The position numbers and the translations under genes were made by a program. Below, in pieces: positions 13,377 through 25,888 of a stretch of DNA of 64,000 nt. Numbering within the stretch: the stretch's first letter is position 1; each line of letters opens with the position of its first letter. A model generated the notes under the pieces. The model was not told where the DNA came from, made no database searches, and saw only the letters and a program-made list of their open reading frames with translations. The stretch is from Epiperipatus broadwayi (taxonomy: Eukaryota; Animalia; Onychophora), in NCBI GenBank assembly GCA_028023455.1, contig JAQFVV010000009.1:15190001-15254000 (forward strand), written 5' to 3'.

Positions 13377-16219
13377 TATATGCAAATGCATTACAATAAT
13401 TCTTTCATGACATCAATATAAGACAAAGCTGTTTGATTTATTTCATTTTATTATTGCATTATCTAAATTTTCAATTATTAGTTTATACATTGTAACTATA
13501 ACAAATCCAATGCAGCCCAAATTAGTTATATCACAGTGCCACTGAGAGAATAAAAAAAAGTTTAATAAAAACTCATGTGAACTGACTAATAAATATACAA
13601 ACTGCCATTTGCTTGTGTGTGCATAAACTGCTAAAAATTAAAATAAAAATTAATTTATGCATTTGGTCATATTTTATAAATTTATTTTGTAATATATAAG
13701 AAACATAATGGTAAATTACATTGTAAAGGAAGAAGGAAAAATGCTTTTGATACGCAAAAAAAAAAAAATTTGAATTGCATAGTTTTTAAAAATCTAAATT
13801 TGAACCTTTTCTATTTTGTCTTTCCTGAACTGAATTTTAAATAAAATTTACCACATTTCACAGTAAAACTGGATGACAAAGCTAAATATAATATTAACAT
13901 TTTGGAATTAATAAAAATAAGTAAATTACTTAGCTATAATTAAAAATCAGCAATGAATTTTCATTCTTCATATGTTATGAAATGTAACTAAAGAAAGAGA
14001 AAAACTATTTTTTTATATATACACATCACTTATTTATGTATAAAGTCATGATATAATGTATGTAAAATTATATCCACAACATGTTTTGAAGACAGAAGAG
14101 AGGGTGTTTTTTTTTTAAAAATATATATATTGTTGTAATGACGCAAAGGTTATAGTTTTCCTAGGTATTGACATATATGATGTTTAAACATGTTGATTGA
14201 ACAACACCAAATGATTCTAATTTCTATTCTAATTCTAGGAGCCCAGCAATTCATTCCATAATGCTTTGCATCTATTTTTGAAACAGTATTGCAGTGATCT
14301 ATGCTGAGAAGAGAAAAAACTGCTGATTAAAACTTTTTCCATCAAAACTTGGATAGCCATATTTTACTGGCTGTTTTTAAAAATACTTTTCAATACTCTG
14401 GTGCTGACAGCCAGTATAATGCTTTATCTAGTAGAAAACATTCTACAATGTGTGATCAGACAAAAGAAAAAACAGACCAGCTCAAATACCCAGAAAATGC
14501 AGTCAAATCCAGAACTAATGCTGAATTATGCAAAATCAGTCAGGGCAATGTCTCTATAACGGCATGAATGAAGAAATGGGCAGTGACATATAAATTACCC
14601 AAGACCTACTAATGTTATACTTTATATAATGTCACAAAAGCTGCTTATTTACTCTCTCTAATAACACCAGTGTTCAAAGAGAATTATCATCATTGGAAGA
14701 ACTAAGAAATAAAACAGTATAATATTAAAAGAATGACATCTACAAAAACCATGGTTTCTGAGTGTATTTAACATGGTAACATCTTATCACTATAAATACT
14801 ATAAGGCCATAAACTTAAATTTACAATATCTTTTACTATTATGATATTTAATATTTTATGTATGTATTAATAGTTGCGAGTATATATAGAACAGTTTTAT
14901 TTATTCATTATTAATATATTATTTTTATTATTATGAATCCATTTAGTTTATGTTTGTAACTAAATCAAAATATATGATTTTTACACATATATATTAGTTA
15001 ATATCCACAGCCCTGAGAAATCATGCAATCCATTAGTAGACATGCTGGGATGGCGGTAATAATTGATGATGATCGTTCCTTTAAAAATTTTCCAAAAGTA
15101 AACTTTCTTTTTAAAAGATTTGGTTTCTTTTTATTGAAACTGGAAAAACAAATAAAATACTTTTGTGAGTACTTGTATTTTTAAATTATAAATCATCACC
15201 ACATTGGTTAATATTATTATAAATTTGAATTAAAAAAATTTTATTTGAATTTTATTAACCATTTGACTTTCACATTGAATAGATCTTTATATATATGGAT
15301 TTGATTATATATTTTTGGTATCCAGGTTCAAACCCATTTACTGTGGATTACAATATTTTTTTTTATATAAAAAATACAATTAAACTTTAATTTTGATATA
15401 CATTCAAAAGTTAACACAGTTTAATCAAAAAACTAGATTATAAACTAGTAATCAATCTAAGATGTTTGATCAGGTCACATCTCAAATAAAATATATAAGC
15501 ATAAGATATATAAACATATCTAAGACTTAATCCAAAAGATTATAAAATGTGCAACATGGCAAAATACCATAAAGCCAATACTTTTAAAATAGAGGAAATA
15601 GTTTTGAATTTCAAAGTTAATTTAATATCACAATATTATGAAATATTAATATCTGGCTTAGCTTTACCATGTTTGAATATATACATATTTATATGTATAT
15701 AAATTAATGCTGGATAATACATAATGTCTGGTTTAAGATTATAAATCAAGTTCAGAGGCTATATTTAATCTAACCACAGCTGTAATTAATACAAGATTAA
15801 TCAAAGCAATTAAAGCTGTGTTGTTTATCTAACTAGAAAAAGCCAATAGAATTAAAAAATTTTCTATTCATTCATATCTTGCTCATAGTTCATCTAATTT
15901 TTCATGTAAATCTAAATTCAAATTTTAAATAAATGATAAAATTTAATATCAATAAGAGTTGTAAGAATTTTCTGAGGTAAGAAAAAATGAAATTCATTAT
16001 CAATAAAAACTGATTCAAATGTGTATACTTAATCTTCTTCAAGTTTTATATCAATATTAATAAAGTACTTTATTCTTTATATAATAATATAATTATATAC
16101 TCATTTTATTTGACTTTCTGTGAATTAGCAATGATTACTGGAAGTTATATACTTTATGACACTTTGCACTTTTAACTAAAACCAGTTTTGGGTTATAATT
16201 ACTATATTACTATTGGATA

Positions 16220-16600
16220 TTATCAAGTCAACTTCGTTTCCTAGTGATCATATGAATAGGATTTCTTCAGAATGACCTATCATCTGTTTGAAGGTACATT
16301 CATTATTGTGATATGGAGTCCATCCATTTTTATTGTTAGACATCTCTTTTTTTTCACCATCTACCCCACCAAGCATTACACACTTTTCTAATAAATTAGA
16401 TCATCATATGATATGCCTATAATAGAACTTCAATCTGAACGTTTGTGCTTTAAATGAGATTTCAGGTCAGAACAGATCGAAATTCACTTGCTATTATATA
16501 ATTCATAATTTTCAACATAATACACAATTGTAATCTATGACTCCTATCTCCCATTATGTATTCTTGCTTATCAACATGGACATTAGTAATGAAATATAAC
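16220..16600 (-). mobile_element. 3' fragment of an RTE-1/BovB-like LINE
   Basis: Minus translation PEISFKAQTFRLKF...NLLEKCVMLGGVDG resembles the RTE C-terminus PEYSLE...LKL.YFGH...LEKxxMLGKIEG. Confidence 0.65.
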
Positions 16601-17790
16601 CAAAACAAAGAGAAAAATAAAAAAAACAAAATAGTACTAAGATAATAAAAATTAAAAGAAGTGTACACTCTTTTTATAAAAATTATTATAGGAATAAAGG
16701 GAAAAACTTTATATTTATTTATAAAACAAAAATATAATTAATAGATAATAAAAAAAAAGATTATAGCTAACTATAGCAGGTTAGGTTTAATAAAGTTGTG
16801 ATCATTAGCTTTGAAACCAGGAAAAAGATGTCTACTTAAGCTAGGGACTTAAACCTTTTATTGCTACTTAATAATTTGAACTTATTTAATTGATAATCTA
16901 ACATATTTTTAAAGCACTACAACCTCATTATATTATCTTCTAACATCATATATGTAAAATTTTATTAATTATTTTTTAAAAAATAATTGCAAACATCAAA
17001 ATTATGATAATGCCAAAACTTTTTTTTTTTATGCATTTTACTTTTTAAAAATATATTTACAGATAATTAAAATAAGTCCTATTTATTTCTAAAGTTTAAT
17101 TATATATTCGTTTTAAATTACACAACTTTATTTAAATATAATGCATGCCAATTATGTTAATTATTGCATTAGTTTGATGTTCAAGAGATTAAGTACAAAT
17201 AGAACTACTATAAATCCAAGCACCCCCATTTCAAAAACTTCTAATATTTGGACAAATTTACAAAATATTGTTTTACAGAGCAATAGTTAAACAAGTTTTT
17301 TAATAAGAATCTGATGATTGTTTGGACTGTTACTTTGCAGAGACATGGATAATTTAAAAAAAAAAAAAAAAGAATAAAGATTTTAGAAGAAAATAAAAAA
17401 GTTGAAAAGACAAGATTACAAATATGTTAAAACATCATAAATTTTTTTAAAAATTATTTACTGAAAAATTTAAGGGCTGAATTCATTATACAATCATTAG
17501 TTAATATGCAATTCATTCTCAAAACCTTGGTTTCAAGTTTAAAAAAACTTGGATTTTTCTAAATCACAATAAACTTGGGATTTTTCATTAACCCAAAGCT
17601 AATCTGATTAACCAATTTGTATTGGAGTGTAAATGGTTAACTAGCTATTATACAAAAGGGTCATAATTCAATTTGTGTTGGTCAAAATAATGTTGATTCT
17701 TTCACTGTAAAAATAAAAAATAATAATTGTATTATAATGAGACCATCACTTCTCCAGATGCTAAAATCATAGACACTTTACCTTTAAATT

Positions 17791-17931
17791 GATTTAAAAA
17801 ATGATAAAATGAACAGGCCATATATATATATATATAAGGAAATACTTAAAACCAGTGAAGATTTAAAAAATGATAAAATGAACAGGCCATATATATATAT
17901 ATATAAGGAAATACTTAAAACCAGTGAAGAT
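17791..17931. repeat. Perfect 69-bp tandem duplication
   Basis: gatttaaaaaatgataaaatgaacaggcca(ta)n...ccagtgaa occurs at 17791 and 17860. Confidence 0.9.
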
Positions 17932-19945
17932 GAGATGAAGAGAATGCAAATATTGATAGATAATTATAAAAAAGGGAGGTAGCAAAAGATTCTGAAAAAC
18001 AGAGAAAATAATAGAAAGTGCTTAGAAAAATAGTATTAACTGATCTTTAGAACCAGCCTTTTAGTAGATAACTAATGAAAATACAACTATATTACTTCTT
18101 TAAACTATAGTAGAAAGCAGAGCACAATGGGTTGAGTTAATGCATCAATGAAAAAAAAAAAAAAATGAAAAAAAAAACATTACTCTATTACATATTAAAA
18201 TATCTATATTTGAATCAGATGACAAATTTATATTAGAAGTAAGCTACTATCAATGGTATCTACATGACAAGATCCATATATTCAATCAGTATACTTATTA
18301 AGGATGCATCTGTATTCTGGCAATGCTTAACTATACATTATATATTTTTTATTATATAGAAATGTTAAAATTGTTAAAAAAAAAAGGATCACTACTGATA
18401 GGTTTGAAATATTATTTAGCATTTGCATTTTTAAATATAGTTAATCCTTTATAAATTTTACTAAGGAATCAATGAGATTCTACTCAGGAGATGGATTCCC
18501 TTCTACTTCTAGTTTTATTAAAGACTACTACTATATTCAAATACTGGATAGTCAATAGTGATGTAGTTCATGTCTTGTGTTAGACAACCATAAATGTTAG
18601 ATATTAATTTACATTTCTATGGCATTTTAGTATAGATCTATTACAATTGCTTCCAAATCTGCTAGTGACTACTAATATCTAAGATGACTGAATAGAGCTG
18701 ACTTTACTGCTTAATCAAATTTATCTGGTGCCATATAAAAAGTCCATTTCTTATCAGTTCTTCAGTTGTTTGAAAACTTCCTGGCTGAACATCCAAAACA
18801 AAACTCTTGATTTGGGACGAGTCTTAAGCAGTGAAATTATCCCATGAGTTGGTGATTTACATCTGCAGACATTCACAAGTGAATATGGCCATTTCAACTC
18901 AGAGAGAAAAAAATAACAAGATAAAACAAAATAACAATAATTAGAGCTCATTTTTCAATAATTATACAAAGTAATCTCTGAAGTACAAATGTAACCATAT
19001 ATAAAACAAGCTTGTCCATTATTCTACTTATTTAAAATTTTGCAATGCTATCTTTTCTGGAAAAAAATATCTTTCTGAAAAAAATAAAATAAACTATTTA
19101 ATGCTGCTTGTGCTCCATGAGCACTGTAGGAGCTCTTTGAGTGCTTTTTGGATGATGTGTTGTTTTCTTTCTTTACTGGCATAAAAAGTATAAGCATGAC
19201 ATCGACCAAAATATGGGCATTTGATAGCTTAATGACGTAGCTTTCAGAAAATGTTTACTTCAAAAAAATTGGTTAAAATTTGGATTTTTGGCAATAGTTT
19301 TAATCGACCACAGTATTTAATTTTTTTTCTTTTTTGATAACTTTTGTAATTACCACGAAGCGATAAAAAAAATGGTTTACCGAATGCAAGTTAACATTTG
19401 CCGCATGTTATTCACAAACAAGGCCTACAATAGAGCTTCAACGTAATGACTCGTAGTAAGTAAAATTTTAATTTTTTAAATAATATTTAAAAAAATTTTT
19501 TAATTTTTTGAAAAAATTATATTTTTTATTAATTTTAGTTTGTAATTAGTGTGTTAGTTTGTAGTTATATATTTATTTATGCTCATATAGAATTCATATC
19601 TATCGTAATTTTCTAAACTTCTACCTACACTAATCCACTTATTTTTATAAAAATAATGATTTTCAAAAATTATAATTTATTATTTATAATTATGTTTATA
19701 TAATATGTTTGTGTTTACAAGTAATGAGTTATAAAACTAATAATCAAATTTATACAAAGATCGTATATGCAAGCATATAATCAAATTCTGATTCTTGTTT
19801 ATATTTTTGTTTATTCTTGTTCATGCTTTGGAGTCACTCTGGTTTTGCTATAGGTTTCATAACATTATTTTCAAGTCTATAGCTAACAAATGGACTATAT
19901 GCAAATAAATTATATCTATATGATACAATAAATATAACAAGATAG

Positions 19946-20040
19946 CATCACTTCTGTGCATAAAGAATATAAACATCACTTGTGTGCATAAAGAATATAA
20001 ACATCACTGGTGTCCATAAAGAATATAAACATCACTGATG
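19946..20040. repeat. 28-bp minisatellite, about 3.4 copies
   Basis: Unit catcacttctgtgcataaagaatataaa starts at 19946, 19974, 20002 and 20030. Confidence 0.9.
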
Positions 20041-20722
20041 TAGACAGTACTCTATAACTTCTAGTTTTAGATAGACAAGAAGCAATTTCTATGATGATTT
20101 CTTTTGTATCTTTTATTAGGATGAATCTTTTTCTTTATAGATGCCTTTGACATTTAGAACATTTGGAGTACAAGATAAAAATGAAGAAATCATATTTGAC
20201 TTCTTTTGGAAATTGTGATGCTGTGGATTATCTCAGGTAAGACATGTTATACATGTTAAAAAGATAATTTTGTGAGGAATACAGAGAAATTATTACTGAA
20301 GATGTAATTTGAATTTTAGTTAATGTTAATTTCCAAATTATGAACAAACAATAAAATAATAATTATTTTGGATGTGAAAATTTCTTTTTTCCTTACTTTT
20401 TATATAGTTATCACTATTTATTTTATGTTTATTGTTTTCCTTAATTTTTCTAGTTTCCAGCAATGTAATAGTTTTTGCTCTAACATAATTAAAAGTGAAG
20501 TTATTGTGAAAATTATGTCTCAGGCCAGTATTTTAAAAAATTCAATATGGCGGCTTAGTCCTAAGCAGTTAATGCTAAAAAAGGGCTCAATAAAATTTAT
20601 GATGCTATTCTAAACATTAAGTTTAAAAGGTGGGAATCATCAGCAATCTACAACAAACAATGGTCTTATGTTTACTACTCAGCTTCCCTCACAACCTTCA
20701 AAGCAATAATCTTAATATATAT

Positions 20723-22422
20723 TGTGATGATCGCACCTACTGCAGTCACACATATAGATATTTAACATTTAAAGAATGTTAAATATTGTGCTTGGGTTAT
20801 AAAAAAGTGAGTCTAATAAAAATTACAAAACAAAGAAAGAGGGAATTAGAATCGAAACGATTCTTATCTTTTACCCTTCAAAGTTCAGATTTTAGAAAGA
20901 ATAGAAATATTAAGGTTAAAAATATCGATATCATGTGTTTAGTGTAAGATTAAAAAAAATGAGAATGGAAATATAAATAAAATAGAAACTTAATAATGTA
21001 AAAGAAAGTGGTAGTTGGGGAGTTTAATAAAATATAAGTAAAATTTAGAATGCAACAAAAGATAAAGATCTGTTCTTAAAACTACACATTTTGACAAAAA
21101 TGAAATGCATGTGTGAATGTATGAATAAAGAGAGTACAGTTTATTTCATGTCAAAATGAAATAATTTTATTAAAGAAAAATGATTGATAAATAATGTAAA
21201 ATATTATATTATAAAATTATATCAAATTATAAGTAATTTTGTATAAGTTGCTGAAAGCATGTTAAAGTAAAAAGGTGTGAAATAAAAAAACCCAGCAAGA
21301 GATCAAGATAAGGAAGGAATTTGAAAAAATAAAGAACATTAATTAATTAATTGAAAAACAGTATTGGTCGAGACTTCAGTGAGGACACTGCTCTGATAAG
21401 AAGCAGAGAAATATAATAGAAAGCAGACATGAAAAGTTAAATTTTGAGAACATGAAAACAAATGATAACATAAGGAAAGCTTCGAGGATGTGTGGCTAAG
21501 GGCCAGTCAAGATCGCCGGTCGATCCAGACTTCCATGCTATAATGGTTCGCGTCTCGATGTAACAACTGCCGACATAGCGCCTGCCGAAGAGTTCATTTT
21601 TGCCTTGCCTTAATGCCCACAATACAGAGGAGTCCCAACAATCAAATCTAACCGAAGAGCGACCATTCCCTACTAAAGAAGTGGAAAAATTCCATGGGCT
21701 GGTCAGCAAGACGCCAAGTTTATTCAAAGACTTTATCACCTAGGTAATTATGAATAAGATATTTTATATAACTTATGTGCACATACCATTAAATTTAATG
21801 CAATTGCCAATCCCACATATAATGAGATAGACCTTAATTAGACTCTTTTCAATATTTGGAATGACTATAAAGGGATAATTTATTTCAAAGATTACAATCA
21901 TTTATAGAATCTTCTATTGTATTTTATTTATTTTTTTGTAGTATTGTAGCATAATCTGTTTTTTTTTTATATTGAGTGTTTATAATTTAGAGTGTTTCTT
22001 TTATTATAATTTATTGTATTAAATATCTTTTATTTATGTAAAATCTGTTTCGTCTTCTTCTTTGCCACTTCCAAAAAATAATATAATCTTAGGGTTAGGA
22101 ATAATTATTATGCATTTGAATACTTAATTAACATGTGAAGCTAGTGGTGCAGTATTTGATCCCATTAAATTTATAATTATCCAAGCGCTGTAACTCTGTT
22201 AAATCTTACAGCAGTCAGGAGAAGGTTGACCGGAAAATATAACCTGGGGCTATACCCGTATAGCATACAGGTTCGGTCAAGTGCGGATATAGACTCGTTT
22301 ATGTCCGTATTTTCTCTCTGCTTGCAGTAGCGGAAAGTGGGCGATCTTGAATTATAAGAATTCCCCATTATATCTATATAAAAGGGAAGTTTGAGCCGTT
22401 CGATCGTCGGGTTTCCGTTTCA
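20723..22422 (+). repeat. 5' LTR (1700 bp)
   Basis: Runs TGTGATGATCGC...TTTCCGTTTCA; colinear with 25889-27606. Confidence 0.9.
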
Positions 22423-22425
22423 TTT

Positions 22426-22432
22426 TGGGGGC
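22426..22432 (+). promoter_or_regulatory. Putative primer-binding site TGGGGGC (compatible with a tRNA-Pro 3' end ...GCCCCCA)
   Basis: Starts 4 nt after the LTR CA. Only a 7-nt match, so the tRNA identity is tentative. Confidence 0.4.
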
Positions 22433-23591
22433 CAAAATATTCGCGTATCTCAGTTAAGTTGAAGAAGAAATATATGTCAGACTCCAGAATGATGGCGTAT
22501 CTAAGAGAAGTGGGAAATATATATGTGTGAGTTAATAATAGCGTGTCTCAGTCAAGCTGAAAATAAAATATTTTAAATGATAAATAATTAAAATAGTCGC
22601 AGAACAAAGTTAAGCGTAGAAATATATATGTTGGACTTTAGAATAATTGCATATGTAAGCGAAGTTGAAAAGATATATGTGTGAATTTATAATAACGTAT
22701 CTCAGTTAAGCTGAAAATAAAATATTTATAATGATAAATGATAAAAATGTTCAGTGTATTTGTTGGATTGAAGAAAATATGTACGTATGATTTTAAATAT
22801 TCGAGAAAAGAAAGTAATCAATAAATTACAAAACGTAGTAAGTATAACAAAGTATATTAATTAAGTTGAGGAAATATATGTGTATGATTTTAAAAATAAT
22901 CGTGAGGATAACTTGATCAATAAATTGCTGATATAGCTTGTACAATGAAGTATACCTGTTAAATGGAAAGAAATATATCTCTATGATTTTAAAATAGTAA
23001 AGAGACAATATAAATTACAAACATAGTATGTGTAATGGAGGTTAGTCCGTTAAAAAAAATATATATGTGTATGATTTTGTTTTAAAACAACCGTAACCTT
23101 AAAGTAATCGAAATTTATAAACGGAATATTAGAAGTATATATCATAAGTGCGTACTGTTGGAAATACAGTCAAATAGAAATGAGTTTATTTATATATATC
23201 GTTAACAGAGGAATAAAGTATAATAGTTAAGTTAGATTTAAGAAATATATAAGAGTTTTCTTAATTGAAGTAGTTGAGTCAGAGTTGGATAAGTTGGAAA
23301 AAATATAGGACAATCATCAAGGTTGGGCAGGCAGTCAAATGAGTCTAAGGCAGGCGAATAAGAGAGTGAACCAGAGTGCGGATGTTTGGGTTAGCTAGCG
23401 ATCTAAATGCTAACTGACAGATAACAAAGAAATTAAAAGTAAATAAAGTAGAAAAGCAAAGAGTCAGTAGAAAGAATTTTTTTTATGTAGATATATCCAG
23501 AAGAGTTTAGTAAAATAATAGTAATAATAAATACAGATATCAAGAAGGGTTACATAAAGTTATATTTATGCATATAAGGTCCCAAGCTAAA

Positions 23592-25010
23592 ATGGACTTT
23601 CAAGAAAAGTAAGTAAAAGAAGGGAATGAAGATAAGGAGATGAAAGTAAAGGGTAAAATAAACCATAGTGATATCATGGATATGCTAAGGCAAATGAGGG
23701 TTGAGCAAAAGCAATTCATGAAGGACTACATGGACAGACAAGAGAGAAGGATGGAAGAATGGCTGGTAAAGATAAAAATAGACAACCAGAAAAGAATTGC
23801 GGAAGCCAGGGAAGAAATTAGAAATGATGTCATCCAGCAATCAGAGGCTAAGAACACAAGAAATGGATTTTACAGAGAAATTAAGTGGGATGAACAAAGG
23901 AGTATGGAGCCATGTGTATATGATTAATTAGAAAGGGCTGACAGTATAGGTAGAGAGTCAGCCGAGTTTGATCTGAGAGAAGACATAGGGTGGCCAGAAA
24001 GGGAAATAAAGTTAGATGAAGAAGTGGAAGTAATAAAAGTAGAGGATAGTAGGATACTGACAAGCATACAGGGAAATAAAATTCAGATAGCGAAGGCAGT
24101 GGAAAGGTTGAACACAAAATTTGAAGAGAGGATAAGTAGGTCAGCCAATAACAGCACCGATACTGAAGTAAAGGGCATAGGATCAAGAATCACTGGAATG
24201 AGATATGGGCTCTTGAAATTGCATGGATCATCCTGTTGGCTTCCACCAATTTCTAAAGATACCAGTTTTTGCTGGAAACCCTGGAGAAAGCCCTATGGAG
24301 CACTTGAACAGCCTGGAACGGTATTTCAAGTTTGGTAGAATGAATGAGGAGGCCAAGTTAGCGGTCGCTTGCAGTCACTTGCAGGGCGAATCTCAAGTCT
24401 GGTGGAACTCACTGTTCCAGAAACCTACCACATTTGCAGGGTATCACAAGGCTTTGAAGACCAGTTATTGGAGTGAGGAACTCCAAGAAGATATGCTGCA
24501 TCAGATAACACAGGAGAAATGGAGACCGGAGGAATCATTTATAACATTCTTCCGCCGTCAAGTAGCCAAGTTAAGGATGATGACAGCAAACCCATTATCT
24601 GAGATGCAAATACTCCGGATAACTAGACATGGGTTCCCAAAAGATATAGAACAGATTCTAATCAGTACAGAGAGGAGGACAGTGGACCATGTGGCCGAGT
24701 TGCTGAGTGCATTGGATACCACCAGGGATGACTAGAAGGAGGATGGATATAAACCTAGACCACCTCCAAAAGAACCTCTTATAATAAAAAATGGATGGGA
24801 TCCTGGTGAAGGATGATGGCAAAAAAACCGGAGATATTCTACAAAGTGGAACCCAAGGAGGCAGGAAAATGGACAACAAAGATTGGAGATGGAATGTAAG
24901 CATCCATTTGACAGGACTGAAGACCGACACCATAGGGATCAAAATCCGCATCCCAGAGAAGGCAGAGGAGATGTCAATAGAGAAAGACAACCACCAGATA
25001 AAACCTAATG
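23592..25010 (+). pseudogene. gag: Disrupted gag (coiled-coil N-terminus, retrotransposon/Arc-like capsid, R-rich tail)
   Basis: ORFs 23640 and 24024 share a frame; frameshift near 24240 into LKIPVFAG...EHLNSLERYF...LQGESQVWW...YWS...; scattered stops. Confidence 0.8.
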
Positions 25011-25868
25011 GTAATCAACAATAAAGGAAGGATTCACTGATACCAGATTGGAAATGGAATTGGATCAAGAGTAATGGAGAATGGACTTTAACATTGATCA
25101 TGATAATATAAAGAAATGATGTGCCAGTAAATGGAAAAAAGGGATAAAGGACTTTAGAATAAACTGAGAAAAACATATGATAGATACTAGTGTGAGATCA
25201 TAGATAGAGGCTGAAGGTGTGTAGGTTTAGATATTTGTAGATGGATCTTAGCAGTATATGGTGAGCCTTCTCTGTTATGCATTCATGTGTGTTCTGTGGT
25301 CATCAAATCTTATTATATAGAGAAGACAGGGACAGAGATCCCCTTCTCATAATGACTCACTGGATTAAGATTTCCAGTTAGATATTTGACAAATATCGTG
25401 AGTCAATGGTTTAGAAACCACTCTATGGGGAAAGAACCCCTTTATAAAAAAATACGAGTTATCAGTAAAATATTCTGAGCTCATGGATGAGCTGGACAAA
25501 AAGATGCCAGTCTCCCAACCCACCTCGGTAATAGTGACCAGAGTTGGCACTTAGAGGATTATCATTTGTAAAGTGTGAGGTATGAACAGGTTTAATCGAG
25601 TCACAGAGATATCCTGTGGACTCGAACCTGTATATCCAACTAGGAGGCAGAAATGAATTCATGTAATGTTATAGCAAGATTAAATTGGTTTAGTAATGCT
25701 GGTTGGGCCATCAGAGTAGGGATGTAATTTGCCTGGTCGCCTCTCTAGGAATAATCTCATCACTAAATCGTATTAGAAGTAAATAGATATAACAACAGGT
25801 TCTAACAGTAGTTAGGAGCAACTAGCTTGAAGTGCAGTAAATTAAAAAAATTTTTAAGAAAAAATTTT

Positions 25869-25880
25869 AAAGGAGGGGAA
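25869..25880 (+). promoter_or_regulatory. Polypurine tract (AAAGGAGGGGAA)
   Basis: Purine run ending 8 nt before the start of the 3' LTR. Confidence 0.6.
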
Positions 25881-25888
25881 TGGTGTAA

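Noticed and set aside
13450-13541. Strong minus-strand acceptor followed by WHCDITNLGCIGF as the missing Testin Cys-rich exon
   Set aside because: It lacks the second Cys and the HxW motif, the spacing to KIC is wrong and the donor is weak.
14220-14600. ORF 14349-14567 with ELCKISQGNVSI resembling a gag motif
   Set aside because: A single weak motif with no LTR or other supporting domain.
15001-15139. Minus-strand acceptor and open frame FNKKKPNLLKRKFTFGKFLKERSSS...
   Set aside because: No convincing donor and no homology; it could be a terminal exon but is unsupported.
21393-21411. ctgataagaagcagagaaa, a hammerhead-like string in the LTR
   Set aside because: The core is not CUGANGA, and no stem II or III can form.
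21437-21739. Antisense ORFs repeated in both LTRs (21437/26722 and 22177/27361)
   Set aside because: The repetition is due to LTR identity. The first pair diverges by an indel, and neither has a recognisable motif.
25175-25203. MIDTSVRS as a possible aspartic protease (DTG) remnant
   Set aside because: Too short, lacks the Gly, is flanked by stops and has no downstream RT; cannot be supported without an HMM search.
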